This document shows positions 25,742-38,556 of a stretch of DNA of 64,000 nucleotides, in pieces (position 1 is the stretch's first letter; every line of letters begins with the position of its first letter). This stretch comes from Eledone cirrhosa (lineage: Eukaryota). The notes below the pieces were generated by a model that was not told where the DNA came from, did not search any database, and was given only the letters and a program-made list of their open reading frames with translations. Both the position numbers and the translations under genes were made by a program. The stretch lies in NCBI GenBank assembly GCA_964016885.1, contig OZ024741.1:309690001-309754000 (forward strand), in the 5' to 3' direction.

Positions 25742-27625
25742 ATAATCCAACACCTTAACGATTTGGCCCAAGTCCAACAATAATGCTTTATTATTTGAAA
25801 ATGAGACCACATATTGTGTGTGACATACATACTTTTTTGAAGGGCATTAGTGAAGTAGCTTCAACCACCTTTGTGTTACTGAACTAACTTGGCAGTAGCT
25901 AACCTCTTAGTTTACATCATTCCCACAGTACACTAATGATTGAGTTCTAATTTGGGTACAAGGTCCACAAAATGTAGTGTTAGTAGTATAATCAATTAAC
26001 ATTTTCATGAAATTCACTGAATTCAAATTAATTGATGAAGAATTTAAATTGATTTTCTAAAATTATTCATTATTACGATAGAAATTGTACCATAATTTAT
26101 ATCAAGTTTTGTTGGAAGAGTTTAATTTAAATAGGAACCCTATAAAATGAGCAGTTTTAGAATCAGAGGCAGTTTTTGGTGGGTTGGTATCAAAAGGGTT
26201 ATTATATCTGACCCTTGTACTTACTTTATTGACATTGTTGAGGATAAATGACAAAATGTTGACTCCAGTGGAATTTCAGTTCAGAATGTGGAGGGAGAAA
26301 AATAAATGCTACAAGTAATTAATCAAGCTCTCTACTAATTCTGTTATACTAATCTCACCCCACCCCACCATACCGCCCCTTTTTTCCTATCAACATGAAG
26401 TATTATATATGGAATCATATGAACCAACCTATATTATATTGAGAATACTTGTTGCATTATTATTATTATTGTTGTCTCTTTTATCAATTTTATTTTACAC
26501 AAAGAAAAACCTATCCTGTATCGTCTTTAATGTTTCCTTCATGTGAGCCCTGTGTGGCTAATAAAGAAAGCATTATCATTATTGTTAATTGTTTTTTATT
26601 GTGAACCTACACTGTCCCTGTCTTTGTATTGTCCCCTATATGTCAGCCCTTGTGGTCAATAAATGAAACCATTATTATTATTATTGTTATTATTATTATT
26701 GGCAGAAATAGAGAAGCCCTCAACTGAAACCTTCACAATATTTAAATTGAGCCTTCTACATTCCGATTTTAAATTGTCTTTCATCTTTGGAAAGGTGAGG
26801 TACAAATAAAATAAATACCAGTCAGATACCGTAATTGATTCAATCAACAATATGTCCTTTCCCACCTTGCCAAAAAATAAAAAAAATAAAAAATATATAT
26901 AGAGAAAGATTTGCTCCTTTTCCAAATAAAGCATTATTACTAATTCAATATCTGTTATTCTTCTTGTTGTTGTTATTATTATTATAAGCATATTCTGACT
27001 ATACTTTTCTAAGCAGGAAGAAAGAAACCAGGAGAGGGTCCTTTCAATGCCCTTGATGCAACAGAGTAATTTGAAGTTTTGTGGAGAAATTTTTCCTATC
27101 CCCTCCTATTTATTACACTTATTGTTATATCTACTGATTTCCCTTTGTTGATGCCCCTTCCCTTTACTCGATGTAAACCCCACTGTTGTTTTTTCATCGT
27201 TGTTTTGTCAAAAAGGTGTTGGGCTCTTTTGGCCAATATAAAAAAATTATCATTATTATTATTATAATGGTGTCATTTTACTTGCTTTCTACTTCTGGAA
27301 GCATATATTACAGATCAGATGTCTCATGGATTGTTTTTGTTTCTTTCACCATTTTGTCAAGTTATTTCATTCAGTTCTTTTATTTTTTGGTAAAAAAAAA
27401 AAAAGGAAAAAATTCTTTAAAATTTAATAAACAAACAAAAATAGCTTTCAGTAGTTTGCACAAAAAATATTTTGATTACAAATAAATGTACACATACATA
27501 CCCATACATACACATGTGTATGTATGGGTATGTATATATATATATATATAAAGTGTTCACAGTTCGCAGACCTGGAAGACCGCAAATCAGACAATTACTC
27601 AATGCATACATGTGCATGTATGTAT

Positions 27626-27656
<31 letters not shown>

Positions 27657-27730
27657 AACACATACATATATGTGTATGTATGTGTGTGTGTGTGTGTGTG
27701 TATATATAAACATACACATATGTGCATGTA

Positions 27731-27762
<32 letters not shown>

Positions 27763-28022
27763 AAAATACACATACATATACATATATGTATGTGAGTGTA
27801 TTTGTGTGTGTTGTATATACATATACGTATGTGAGTGTATCTGTATGTATTTGTGTGTATGAGCGTGTTAGTGTATTTGTGTGTGTCTGAGTAAGTATGT
27901 AAAGGTTATGGTTGAACAATGTTTTTTTTATGTAAAATACCAAACAATGTTGAGTACAGGCTATAGACACATGAATTTCCTCACGAACATTGTATATATA
28001 TATGTTCAGAAACTATTGTTAC

Positions 28023-28083
28023 AATTATACTGTGATTTCATGCAGCTGTTCATCTATTTAGACACAGCAATCTTCAGCAGACT
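28023..28083 (-). ncRNA. Degenerate hammerhead (intact core, weak stem I)
   Basis: CTGAAGA-t TGCTGT..ACAGC TGCA t-GAAA-TCACAG-TA; stem I poorly paired. Confidence 0.4.
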
Positions 28084-28489
28084 TTTCAGATATTAGTGTG
28101 AAACCTTGAACTTCCACAGCTGCTGCAGATATCTGCTGGATTTTCTTTTGTCCCAATACTTGGATACCACCATAAACCTTAATATCCATGTAACAATAAT
28201 TACCAAACATATACATACACACACACACGTAATATATACACACACACACATATATACACACAGATAAACATATACACACATACACGCATAAACACATACA
28301 CACACAAACACATACACACACATACAAGGATTAAACTAGTAAGATCATTTTTCAACAGAGTACTCGATACTTGGGATAGTCAAGATTGATTATATTAGAA
28401 AGAGTTGGACTCTTTCTTATACAATATATATACATTTATAAACACGCACACACATATATATAGTTTTAGTAGGATTCCAAGGAACTAGT

Positions 28490-29350
28490 AGCTCTATATG
28501 TGAGTGAGTATATATGTGTGCTTGAGTGTGAGTAGCTCTGTATATGTGTGTATATAGCTCTATATGTGAGTGTATATGTGTGTTTGAGTGTGATTAACAT
28601 TGTACGTGAGTCAGTGTATATGTGTGCTTGAGTGTAAGTAGCACTGTATGTGAGTAAGTGTGTATGTGTATTTGAGCATGAGCAGCTGTGTATGCGAGTG
28701 TGTATGTATGTTTAAATGTGAGCAGTACTGTATCTGAGTGAGTGTATATGTGTCCTTGAGTGTGAGTAGCTGTGTGGGTTTAAGTATGAATAGCTCTGTA
28801 TCAGAGTGAGTGTATATATGTGTTAATATGTGAGTAGCTCTGTTTGTGAGTGTGTATGTATGTGCTCTGGAGTATGAGTAGCTGTGTATATGAGTGAGTG
28901 TCTTTGTGTATGAGTAACTCTGTTTGTGAGTGAGTGTGTATGTGGGCTTGAGTATGAGTAGCTCTGTTTGTAAGTGTATGTGTATGTGTGCTTGAGTATG
29001 TGTATCTCTGTATGTGAATGTAGATGTGTTCTTGAGCGTAAGTATCTCTGTATGTGAGTGTGTGTATGTGCTTGAGCGTAAGTATCTCTGTATGTGAGTG
29101 TGTGTATGTGCTTGAGCGTAAGTATCTCTGTATGTGAGTGTGTGTATGTGCTTGAGTGTAGTATCTCTGTATGTGAGTGTGTGTATGTGCTTGAGTGTAG
29201 TATCTCTGTATGTGAGTGTGTGCTTGAGTGTAGTATCTCTGTATGTGAGTGTGTGTATGTGCTTGAGTGTAGTATCTCTGTATGTGAGTGTGTGTATGTG
29301 CTTGAGTGTAGTATCTCTGTATGTGAGTGTGTGTATGTGCTTGAATATAA
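28490..29350. repeat. ~39-bp minisatellite, degenerate on the left and homogenised on the right
   Basis: Unit TGTGAGTGTGTGTATGTGCTTGAGTGTAGTATCTCTGTA. Confidence 0.9.
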
Positions 29351-29390
29351 GTATCAGTGTGAACTTGTATGAGAATTGTTTTTTTTTTTA

Positions 29391-29396
29391 TTTATT
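29391..29396 (-). terminator. Candidate GMF polyadenylation signal AATAAA
   Basis: TTTATT on + about 205 nt past the GMF stop; other AATAAA-like sites are possible. Confidence 0.45.
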
Positions 29397-29600
29397 ATTA
29401 CTTTTTTTTAATTAAAAGAAAATTAAATGAATTAGTGGATAAGATACTGGCAGAACATGGATAAACATGTGAAAACATAAGAATATTAAGAAAAAATAGA
29501 CAACTCAAATTGTGAAAATGAGGGAAGATAGAGAAAGTAAGAGATAAACGTAGTGAATAAAGAAAAAATAAAGTAGTAGTTATTTCACAGAAAATATTCT

Positions 29601-29672
29601 TTAAACGAAATATTTCAACTTCTCCTCTATCCATTCCACTGTGAATTCATCGGTACTTCGAACATCAAAAAC
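29601..29672 (-). CDS. GMF: GMF last coding exon (72 nt)
   Basis: CAG acceptor; [23 protein letters not shown]. Confidence 0.93.
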   Translation of the reverse strand, partial: VFDVRSTDEFTVEWIEEKLKYFV

Positions 29673-32600
29673 CTGCAAGAAGGGAAATTGAAAAATATTA
29701 AATCATCATCACAGTTTAATCTTCAGCACGCTCTAGTCACCTTATGTCCCCCAATAGAGTACTCTCCCTTAATACATGATGCAGTGTCAAGAGAAGCAAT
29801 TCTTACAAATTTCTAGCATGCTAAAGGTTAACGTCCATTTCTCCATAATCGCATGAACAAAATAAATTTAAAAAAGGTTTACTTCTATCAATGACATTGC
29901 AGTAAATTGAGAAAATCCAATAAGGTTGAAATATGCATCTGTAATTAAAACGCTTGTGATTTTTAATATATTCATATTTTATCAGAGTTTGTTAGTTTTG
30001 GGATTGGGGGTGGAGGGACTTCATCATCATCATCAACGTTTAACGTCCGTGTTCCACGCTTGCATGGGGTAGTCCCACTTGAGGCAAGAGTGATTGTCTT
30101 GCTCGCATAGGACTGTCTGGCAGGTTTTCTACAGTTGGATGCCCTTCCTAACACCAACCACATTTACAGTGTGGGTCTGGGAGGTTTTTACCGTGTTGCC
30201 TACACGGCCACATTACAGCGTGGACTGTGTGTTTTTTGTCGTGACACCTACACGATCTCATTTGTTTCGGCCTCGATGGCGCGGCACCAACATAACTTTA
30301 CATAGAACGGGGTGGTGTGGATCGGGTGGGGGTGGGGGTGGTGGGACGGGGTGTACTTTGTTAGAGATGCCTACTGGCTGGAGTAGGTTTTACTATATAT
30401 TTAGGTAAGGCGGGTCTTCTCTGTTACTGAGTACCGCCAAAGGTCTCGGTCCAGTGACATTGTCTTGGAGAGGTGTAAGTGTGTGATGTCGGAGTTTATC
30501 AGCTCGTCCCAGGTTTTTCTAGGTCTGCCTATTCCGTGACTACCGTCTATCTTTATTGCCCTGCACTTTGTTATACAGCTATCGACTTTCATGCGCATCA
30601 CGTGTCCATACCAACGTAGCCTTCTCTCGAGTAAACAACATCTGATCCCTCTTATCTCTAATTTATTCCTTAGTTCGTTTATGCTTTGCCGTTCACGTAT
30701 ATTACTGTTACACATCCAGCGGAGCATGCAAGCTTCGTTCCTCTCTAGTCTGCGTATATCCTCTGCACACAATGCCCAGGTCTCACTGCCATGCAGCATT
30801 GCTGTTCGTATGCAGGCATCGTACAACCTGCCTTTCATTTTTAGTGAGAACCCTTTAGCAGCTAATAGTGGTATAAGCTCTCTGAACTTTTTCCAACCAG
30901 TTCTGACTCTAGCTACAGTACTTTCAGAGCACCCTCCCCCACTGCTGATTTTATCGCCCAGGTAACGGAAGCTGTCCACTATTTCTATAGAACCCTCTGC
31001 GCAATTGAAAGAGCTAGTAGTTTGTGGGCACTTGCTGCTACTTATTGCACCAGAGCACCGGCCACATGTAAAATCTATGTTCTTAGTTAGCTTACCTGTG
31101 ATCCCACTACATCTTTTATGCACCCATACTTTGCATTTAGGACATAAAATGGAGTTTCTACCTACGCCTTTCCTACACACCGAGCACGACCATTTCCCCG
31201 AAGGGACCGCCGCCTTGTTTTCTTTCCTACAAACTAGTACTTTGGTCTTAGCCAGGTTAATTTTAAGTCCTTTTGACTCTAGGCCGTGCTTCCATGTTTG
31301 GAATTTCTTCTCTAGCTCGGCTATTGATTCCGCTATGAGTGTCAGGTCGTCTGCGTATAGGAGTTCCCATGGGCAGCCTGTCTTGAACTCCTCTGTTATA
31401 GCCTGAAGGGCAATAATAAATAGTAGTGGACTGAGAACAGAGCCCTGATGGACGCCGACTTTTACGCTAAACTCTTCACTATATTCGTTGTTAATTCTAA
31501 CCTTGCTGACTGTTTCTTTATACATGGCTTGTATAGCCCTCACAAGCCATTCGTCGACGCCTAGTTTTCTAAGAGCCCACCAGATAATGGAGCGGGGGAC
31601 TCTGTCGAAGGCTTTCTCCAAGTCGACAAAAGCTAAGTAGAGGGGTTTACCTTTAGCTAGGTACTTCTCCTGTAGTTGTCGTACTATGAAAAGAGCGTCT
31701 GTGGTACTTTTGCCTGACACAAACCCGAACTGCATTTCATCTAGGTCAATTCTCTCTCTGATTAGTTGCGCTATTACTCTTTCCGTGACCTTCATGACCT
31801 GGTCGATTAATTTAATGCCTCTATAGTTACTCCTATCTAGGGCGTCTCCTTTACCCTTATAACAGTTAACGATGATGCTGCTATGCCAGTCCTTCGGAAC
31901 AACCCCGTTCTGTACGACTTGGTTAACTATGCGGGTGACCATGGTGTGTCCCACCGTGCCAGATGCCTTCAGCATCTCAGCAACTATTTCCGAAGGCCCA
32001 GCCGCCTTACCAGTCTTCATATCCTTGATTGCCTTACTTATTATACTCCCCTCGACTAACACTGCTGGTCCCTCTATTGGGTCGATATGGGGGAGACTGC
32101 CTTTCTCCCAATTATTCTCCTCATTTAGAAGCCTTTCATAGTGACACTTCCAAGCTACCTTCTTATCAGCGTCGGTGATGGCAAGTGTGCCATCGTCGTT
32201 TAGTACACACTTCTCCCCGACAATATCACGGTTTTCCTTGACGCATTGCCTAGCAATCCTGAACACCTCACGTTTTTGGTCATCGCGTTGTAGAACATGC
32301 TTGAACTTTCTTTCCTCAGCTTCCCTTCTTGCTAAGTACACTTGTCTCCTAGCTTCCCTCCTGGCCACTTGATAGTCCTCTCTACTTCCCCCATCCCGCC
32401 ATACTTTCCAAGCCTGCTTTTTGGCCTTAATTGACCCCTCCACCTTACTGTTCCACCACCATGTTACTCTCCTCCTGCCTACAGGCCTGCTCCAGCCACA
32501 GACCTCGTCTGTCGCCAACAGCAGGTTTGCTTTCAGAAATTCCCACTCTCCCTCTATATTGTCCGACTCTAAATGTTCTTCCTTACTGTCGAAAGCATCA

Positions 32601-34110
32601 AGTAATATGCTTTGAAATTTATTCCTGGCTGTGGGGTCCTTTAGCTTCCATATTTTCCTCCTGAGGATAGTCCTCTTCTGTTGTCGAGTACGTCTCGTCC
32701 TGACTATGAGGTCGCTAATTATCAGTCTATGTTGGGAGGTGCATTCTTCATGGGGGAGGGATTTAGTGTTAACAACAGACACTCTGTCACGTCTTCTGGT
32801 AAGGATATAATCTACCTGGCTTGTGTGTTCCCCGGATCTATAGGTGATCAGGTGATTGTCACGTTTTTTGAAGTTAGTGTTACAGATAGTTAGGTTATTT
32901 GCATCACAGAATTCCAGGATTCTGGAGCCTTCCTCATTTCTAGTACCAAACCCATAGCCTCCATGGATTTCGTCGTAGCCGTCACAATGTTGTCCAACGT
33001 GACCATTTAGGTCGCCTGCGATAATTATATAGTCACTGTCGGATATTTGGGAGGTAGTTAGCATCAGTGTCTCATAGAATCTGTCTTTTATAGTGCCGGG
33101 CAGTCCGGATTGGGGTGCGTACGCAGATATTACTGTCACCGTAGTTCTATTGAGGACAAGTCGTATTTTAATTATTCTGTCGTTCACTCTATTTACGTCT
33201 ATTATCTTATCTGCCCACTTTTCTGCTACCATGATTCCTACTCCACCCAGCCCATCGTCGTTTCCCACCCAGAAAAGCTTATAACAACGTTTTTTACCCT
33301 CAATGAACCTAGCAGACCCACCCCTCCACCTGGTCTCTTGAATACAACAAGCATCGACCTCCTTACGTTCAAGCATTTCTACAACCTCGTTAGCGCGACC
33401 CTTTAGGGTGCCTACATTTATGGTACCAACTCTGAAGTTTTGGATTGCGTTTGGGGGTTGGGGGCGGTGAGGGGCGGGGGGCGATGGGGTTATGTTAGCC
33501 GTCCGCGGTCGAAACAATGAGGAGTGCTCGCATTCTCGTCCAAGGGGTGAATTTGTCTTTATCTTTGGCATTGTCGCTGAGCGTCCAGATTTTTCTCTCT
33601 CACCTCCACTCTCCAGGATTCCGCAGTCCATCCATCCATCATATATCGTATATCGAAAGGCAACCAGGCAAGCGATAGTATAGGCCTCTGGTTTCTGATT
33701 GGTCCGCGTAGTAATACTGGTGATGCGTGGGGGCTCTGTTTTATGATTGGTCCACGTAATAGCAATGGTGGTGTGTGTGGGGGTGGGAGGGGTGTTGGGT
33801 AGCTAGCAAGAAGGTAATGATTGATAGGGGTCCATGCATGTAACAAGCGATTAACAAAAATACAAAATTTGTTCTGTTAAATACGTCCAAAAACCTAAAC
33901 GTATTTAGCACTTAATAGAAACAGAAAATGTAGTTTGTTTTAGCGATAGAATGGCTATTTGGACTTGCTACGAAATATGGATTGTTTTGAAAATACGCTA
34001 GGAGAGAGAGAGAGAGAGATGAAGTCTGTACATTACGTTTACATGAGTTTCGTTTGGACAGCAGGCAATGAAATGAAATTTGGCGAAGTGAATTCCTATC
34101 ATGTATTTAT

Positions 34111-34182
<72 letters not shown>

Positions 34183-34662
34183 TGAGAGAGAGCGAGGGTA
34201 GGGGGCCACATGATGGCTGTGGGTGTTAGGCGTTTGACCGCCCCGTGCCTTCGAAGAAGGAAGAAGGAAAGGATTTTGCTTTTTTGTTTTGAAGATACGC
34301 TAGAATTAGGGATTGGGGTTTGAAAATACGTTAGGAATTAAGGTTTGAAAATAGCTAGCAAGAAGGTAATGATTGATAGGGGTCCATGCATGTAACAAGC
34401 GATTAACAAAAATACAAAATTTGTTCTGTTAAATACGTCCAAAAACCTAAACGTATTTAGCACTTAATAGAAACAGAAAATGTAGTTTGTTTTAGCGATA
34501 GAATGGCTATTTGGACTTGCTACGAAATATGGATTGTTTTGAAAATACGCTAGGAGAGAGAGAGAGAGAGATGAAGTCTGTACATTACGTTTACATGAGT
34601 TTCGTTTGGACAGCAGGCAATGAAATGAAATTTGGCGAAGTGAATTCCTATCATGTATTTAT

Positions 34663-34716
<54 letters not shown>

Positions 34717-35196
34717 TGAGAGAGAGCGAGGGTAGGGGGCCACATGATGGCTGTGGGTGTTAGGCGTTTGACCGCCCCGTGCCTTCGAAGAAGGAAGAAG
34801 GAAAGGATTTTGCTTTTTTGTTTTGAAGATACGCTAGAATTAGGGATTGGGGTTTGAAAATACGTTAGGAATTAAGGTTTGAAAATAGCTAGCAAGAAGG
34901 TAATGATTGATAGGGGTCCATGCATGTAACAAGCGATTAACAAAAATACAAAATTTGTTCTGTTAAATACGTCCAAAAACCTAAACGTATTTAGCACTTA
35001 ATAGAAACAGAAAATGTAGTTTGTTTTAGCGATAGAATGGCTATTTGGACTTGCTACGAAATATGGATTGTTTTGAAAATACGCTAGGAGAGAGAGAGAG
35101 AGAGATGAAGTCTGTACATTACGTTTACATGAGTTTCGTTTGGACAGCAGGCAATGAAATGAAATTTGGCGAAGTGAATTCCTATCATGTATTTAT

Positions 35197-35242
<46 letters not shown>

Positions 35243-35722
35243 TGAGAGAGAGCGAGGGTAGGGGGCCACATGATGGCTGTGGGTGTTAGGCGTTTGACCG
35301 CCCCGTGCCTTCGAAGAAGGAAGAAGGAAAGGATTTTGCTTTTTTGTTTTGAAGATACGCTAGAATTAGGGATTGGGGTTTGAAAATACGTTAGGAATTA
35401 AGGTTTGAAAATAGCTAGCAAGAAGGTAATGATTGATAGGGGTCCATGCATGTAACAAGCGATTAACAAAAATACAAAATTTGTTCTGTTAAATACGTCC
35501 AAAAACCTAAACGTATTTAGCACTTAATAGAAACAGAAAATGTAGTTTGTTTTAGCGATAGAATGGCTATTTGGACTTGCTACGAAATATGGATTGTTTT
35601 GAAAATACGCTAGGAGAGAGAGAGAGAGAGATGAAGTCTGTACATTACGTTTACATGAGTTTCGTTTGGACAGCAGGCAATGAAATGAAATTTGGCGAAG
35701 TGAATTCCTATCATGTATTTAT

Positions 35723-35800
<78 letters not shown>

Positions 35801-36280
35801 TGAGAGAGAGCGAGGGTAGGGGGCCACATGATGGCTGTGGGTGTTAGGCGTTTGACCGCCCCGTGCCTTCGAAGAAGGAAGAAGGAAAGGATTTTGCTTT
35901 TTTGTTTTGAAGATACGCTAGAATTAGGGATTGGGGTTTGAAAATACGTTAGGAATTAAGGTTTGAAAATAGCTAGCAAGAAGGTAATGATTGATAGGGG
36001 TCCATGCATGTAACAAGCGATTAACAAAAATACAAAATTTGTTCTGTTAAATACGTCCAAAAACCTAAACGTATTTAGCACTTAATAGAAACAGAAAATG
36101 TAGTTTGTTTTAGCGATAGAATGGCTATTTGGACTTGCTACGAAATATGGATTGTTTTGAAAATACGCTAGGAGAGAGAGAGAGAGAGATGAAGTCTGTA
36201 CATTACGTTTACATGAGTTTCGTTTGGACAGCAGGCAATGAAATGAAATTTGGCGAAGTGAATTCCTATCATGTATTTAT

Positions 36281-36357
<77 letters not shown>

Positions 36358-36834
36358 GAGAGAGCGAGGGTAGGGGGCCACATGATGGCTGTGGGTGTTA
36401 GGTGTTTGACCGCCCCGTGCCTTCGAAGAAGGAAGAAGGAAAGGATTTTGCTTTTTTGTTTTGAAGATACGCTAGAATTAGGGATTGGGGTTTGAAAATA
36501 CGTTAGGAATTAAGGTTTGAAAATAGCTAGCAAGAAGGTAATGATTGATAGGGGTCCATGCATGTAACAAGCGATTAACAAAAATACAAAATTTGTTCTG
36601 TTAAATACGTCCAAAAACCTAAACGTATTTAGCACTTAATAGAAACAGAAAATGTAGTTTGTTTTAGCGATAGAATGGCTATTTGGACTTGCTACGAAAT
36701 ATGGATTGTTTTGAAAATACGCTAGGAGAGAGAGAGAGAGAGATGAAGTCTGTACATTACGTTTACATGAGTTTCGTTTGGACAGCAGGCAATGAAATGA
36801 AATTTGGCGAAGTGAATTCCTATCATGTATTTAT

Positions 36835-36900
<66 letters not shown>

Positions 36901-37380
36901 TGAGAGAGAGCGAGGGTAGGGGGCCACATGATGGCTGTGGGTGTTAGGCGTTTGACCGCCCCGTGCCTTCGAAGAAGGAAGAAGGAAAGGATTTTGCTTT
37001 TTTGTTTTGAAGATACGCTAGAATTAGGGATTGGGGTTTGAAAATACGTTAGGAATTAAGGTTTGAAAATAGCTAGCAAGAAGGTAATGATTGATAGGGG
37101 TCCATGCATGTAACAAGCGATTAACAAAAATACAAAATTTGTTCTGTTAAATACGTCCAAAAACCTAAACGTATTTAGCACTTAATAGAAACAGAAAATG
37201 TAGTTTGTTTTAGCGATAGAATGGCTATTTGGACTTGCTACGAAATATGGATTGTTTTGAAAATACGCTAGGAGAGAGAGAGAGAGAGATGAAGTCTGTA
37301 CATTACGTTTACATGAGTTTCGTTTGGACAGCAGGCAATGAAATGAAATTTGGCGAAGTGAATTCCTATCATGTATTTAT

Positions 37381-37446
<66 letters not shown>

Positions 37447-37926
37447 TGAGAGAGAGCGAGGGTAGGGGGCCACATGATGGCTGTGGGTGTTAGGCGTTTG
37501 ACCGCCCCGTGCCTTCGAAGAAGGAAGAAGGAAAGGATTTTGCTTTTTTGTTTTGAAGATACGCTAGAATTAGGGATTGGGGTTTGAAAATACGTTAGGA
37601 ATTAAGGTTTGAAAATAGCTAGCAAGAAGGTAATGATTGATAGGGGTCCATGCATGTAACAAGCGATTAACAAAAATACAAAATTTGTTCTGTTAAATAC
37701 GTCCAAAAACCTAAACGTATTTAGCACTTAATAGAAACAGAAAATGTAGTTTGTTTTAGCGATAGAATGGCTATTTGGACTTGCTACGAAATATGGATTG
37801 TTTTGAAAATACGCTAGGAGAGAGAGAGAGAGAGATGAAGTCTGTACATTACGTTTACATGAGTTTCGTTTGGACAGCAGGCAATGAAATGAAATTTGGC
37901 GAAGTGAATTCCTATCATGTATTTAT

Positions 37927-38008
<82 letters not shown>

Positions 38009-38488
38009 TGAGAGAGAGCGAGGGTAGGGGGCCACATGATGGCTGTGGGTGTTAGGCGTTTGACCGCCCCGTGCCTTCGAAGAAGGAAGAAGGAAAGGAT
38101 TTTGCTTTTTTGTTTTGAAGATACGCTAGAATTAGGGATTGGGGTTTGAAAATACGTTAGGAATTAAGGTTTGAAAATAGCTAGCAAGAAGGTAATGATT
38201 GATAGGGGTCCATGCATGTAACAAGCGATTAACAAAAATACAAAATTTGTTCTGTTAAATACGTCCAAAAACCTAAACGTATTTAGCACTTAATAGAAAC
38301 AGAAAATGTAGTTTGTTTTAGCGATAGAATGGCTATTTGGACTTGCTACGAAATATGGATTGTTTTGAAAATACGCTAGGAGAGAGAGAGAGAGAGATGA
38401 AGTCTGTACATTACGTTTACATGAGTTTCGTTTGGACAGCAGGCAATGAAATGAAATTTGGCGAAGTGAATTCCTATCATGTATTTAT

Positions 38489-38556
<68 letters not shown>

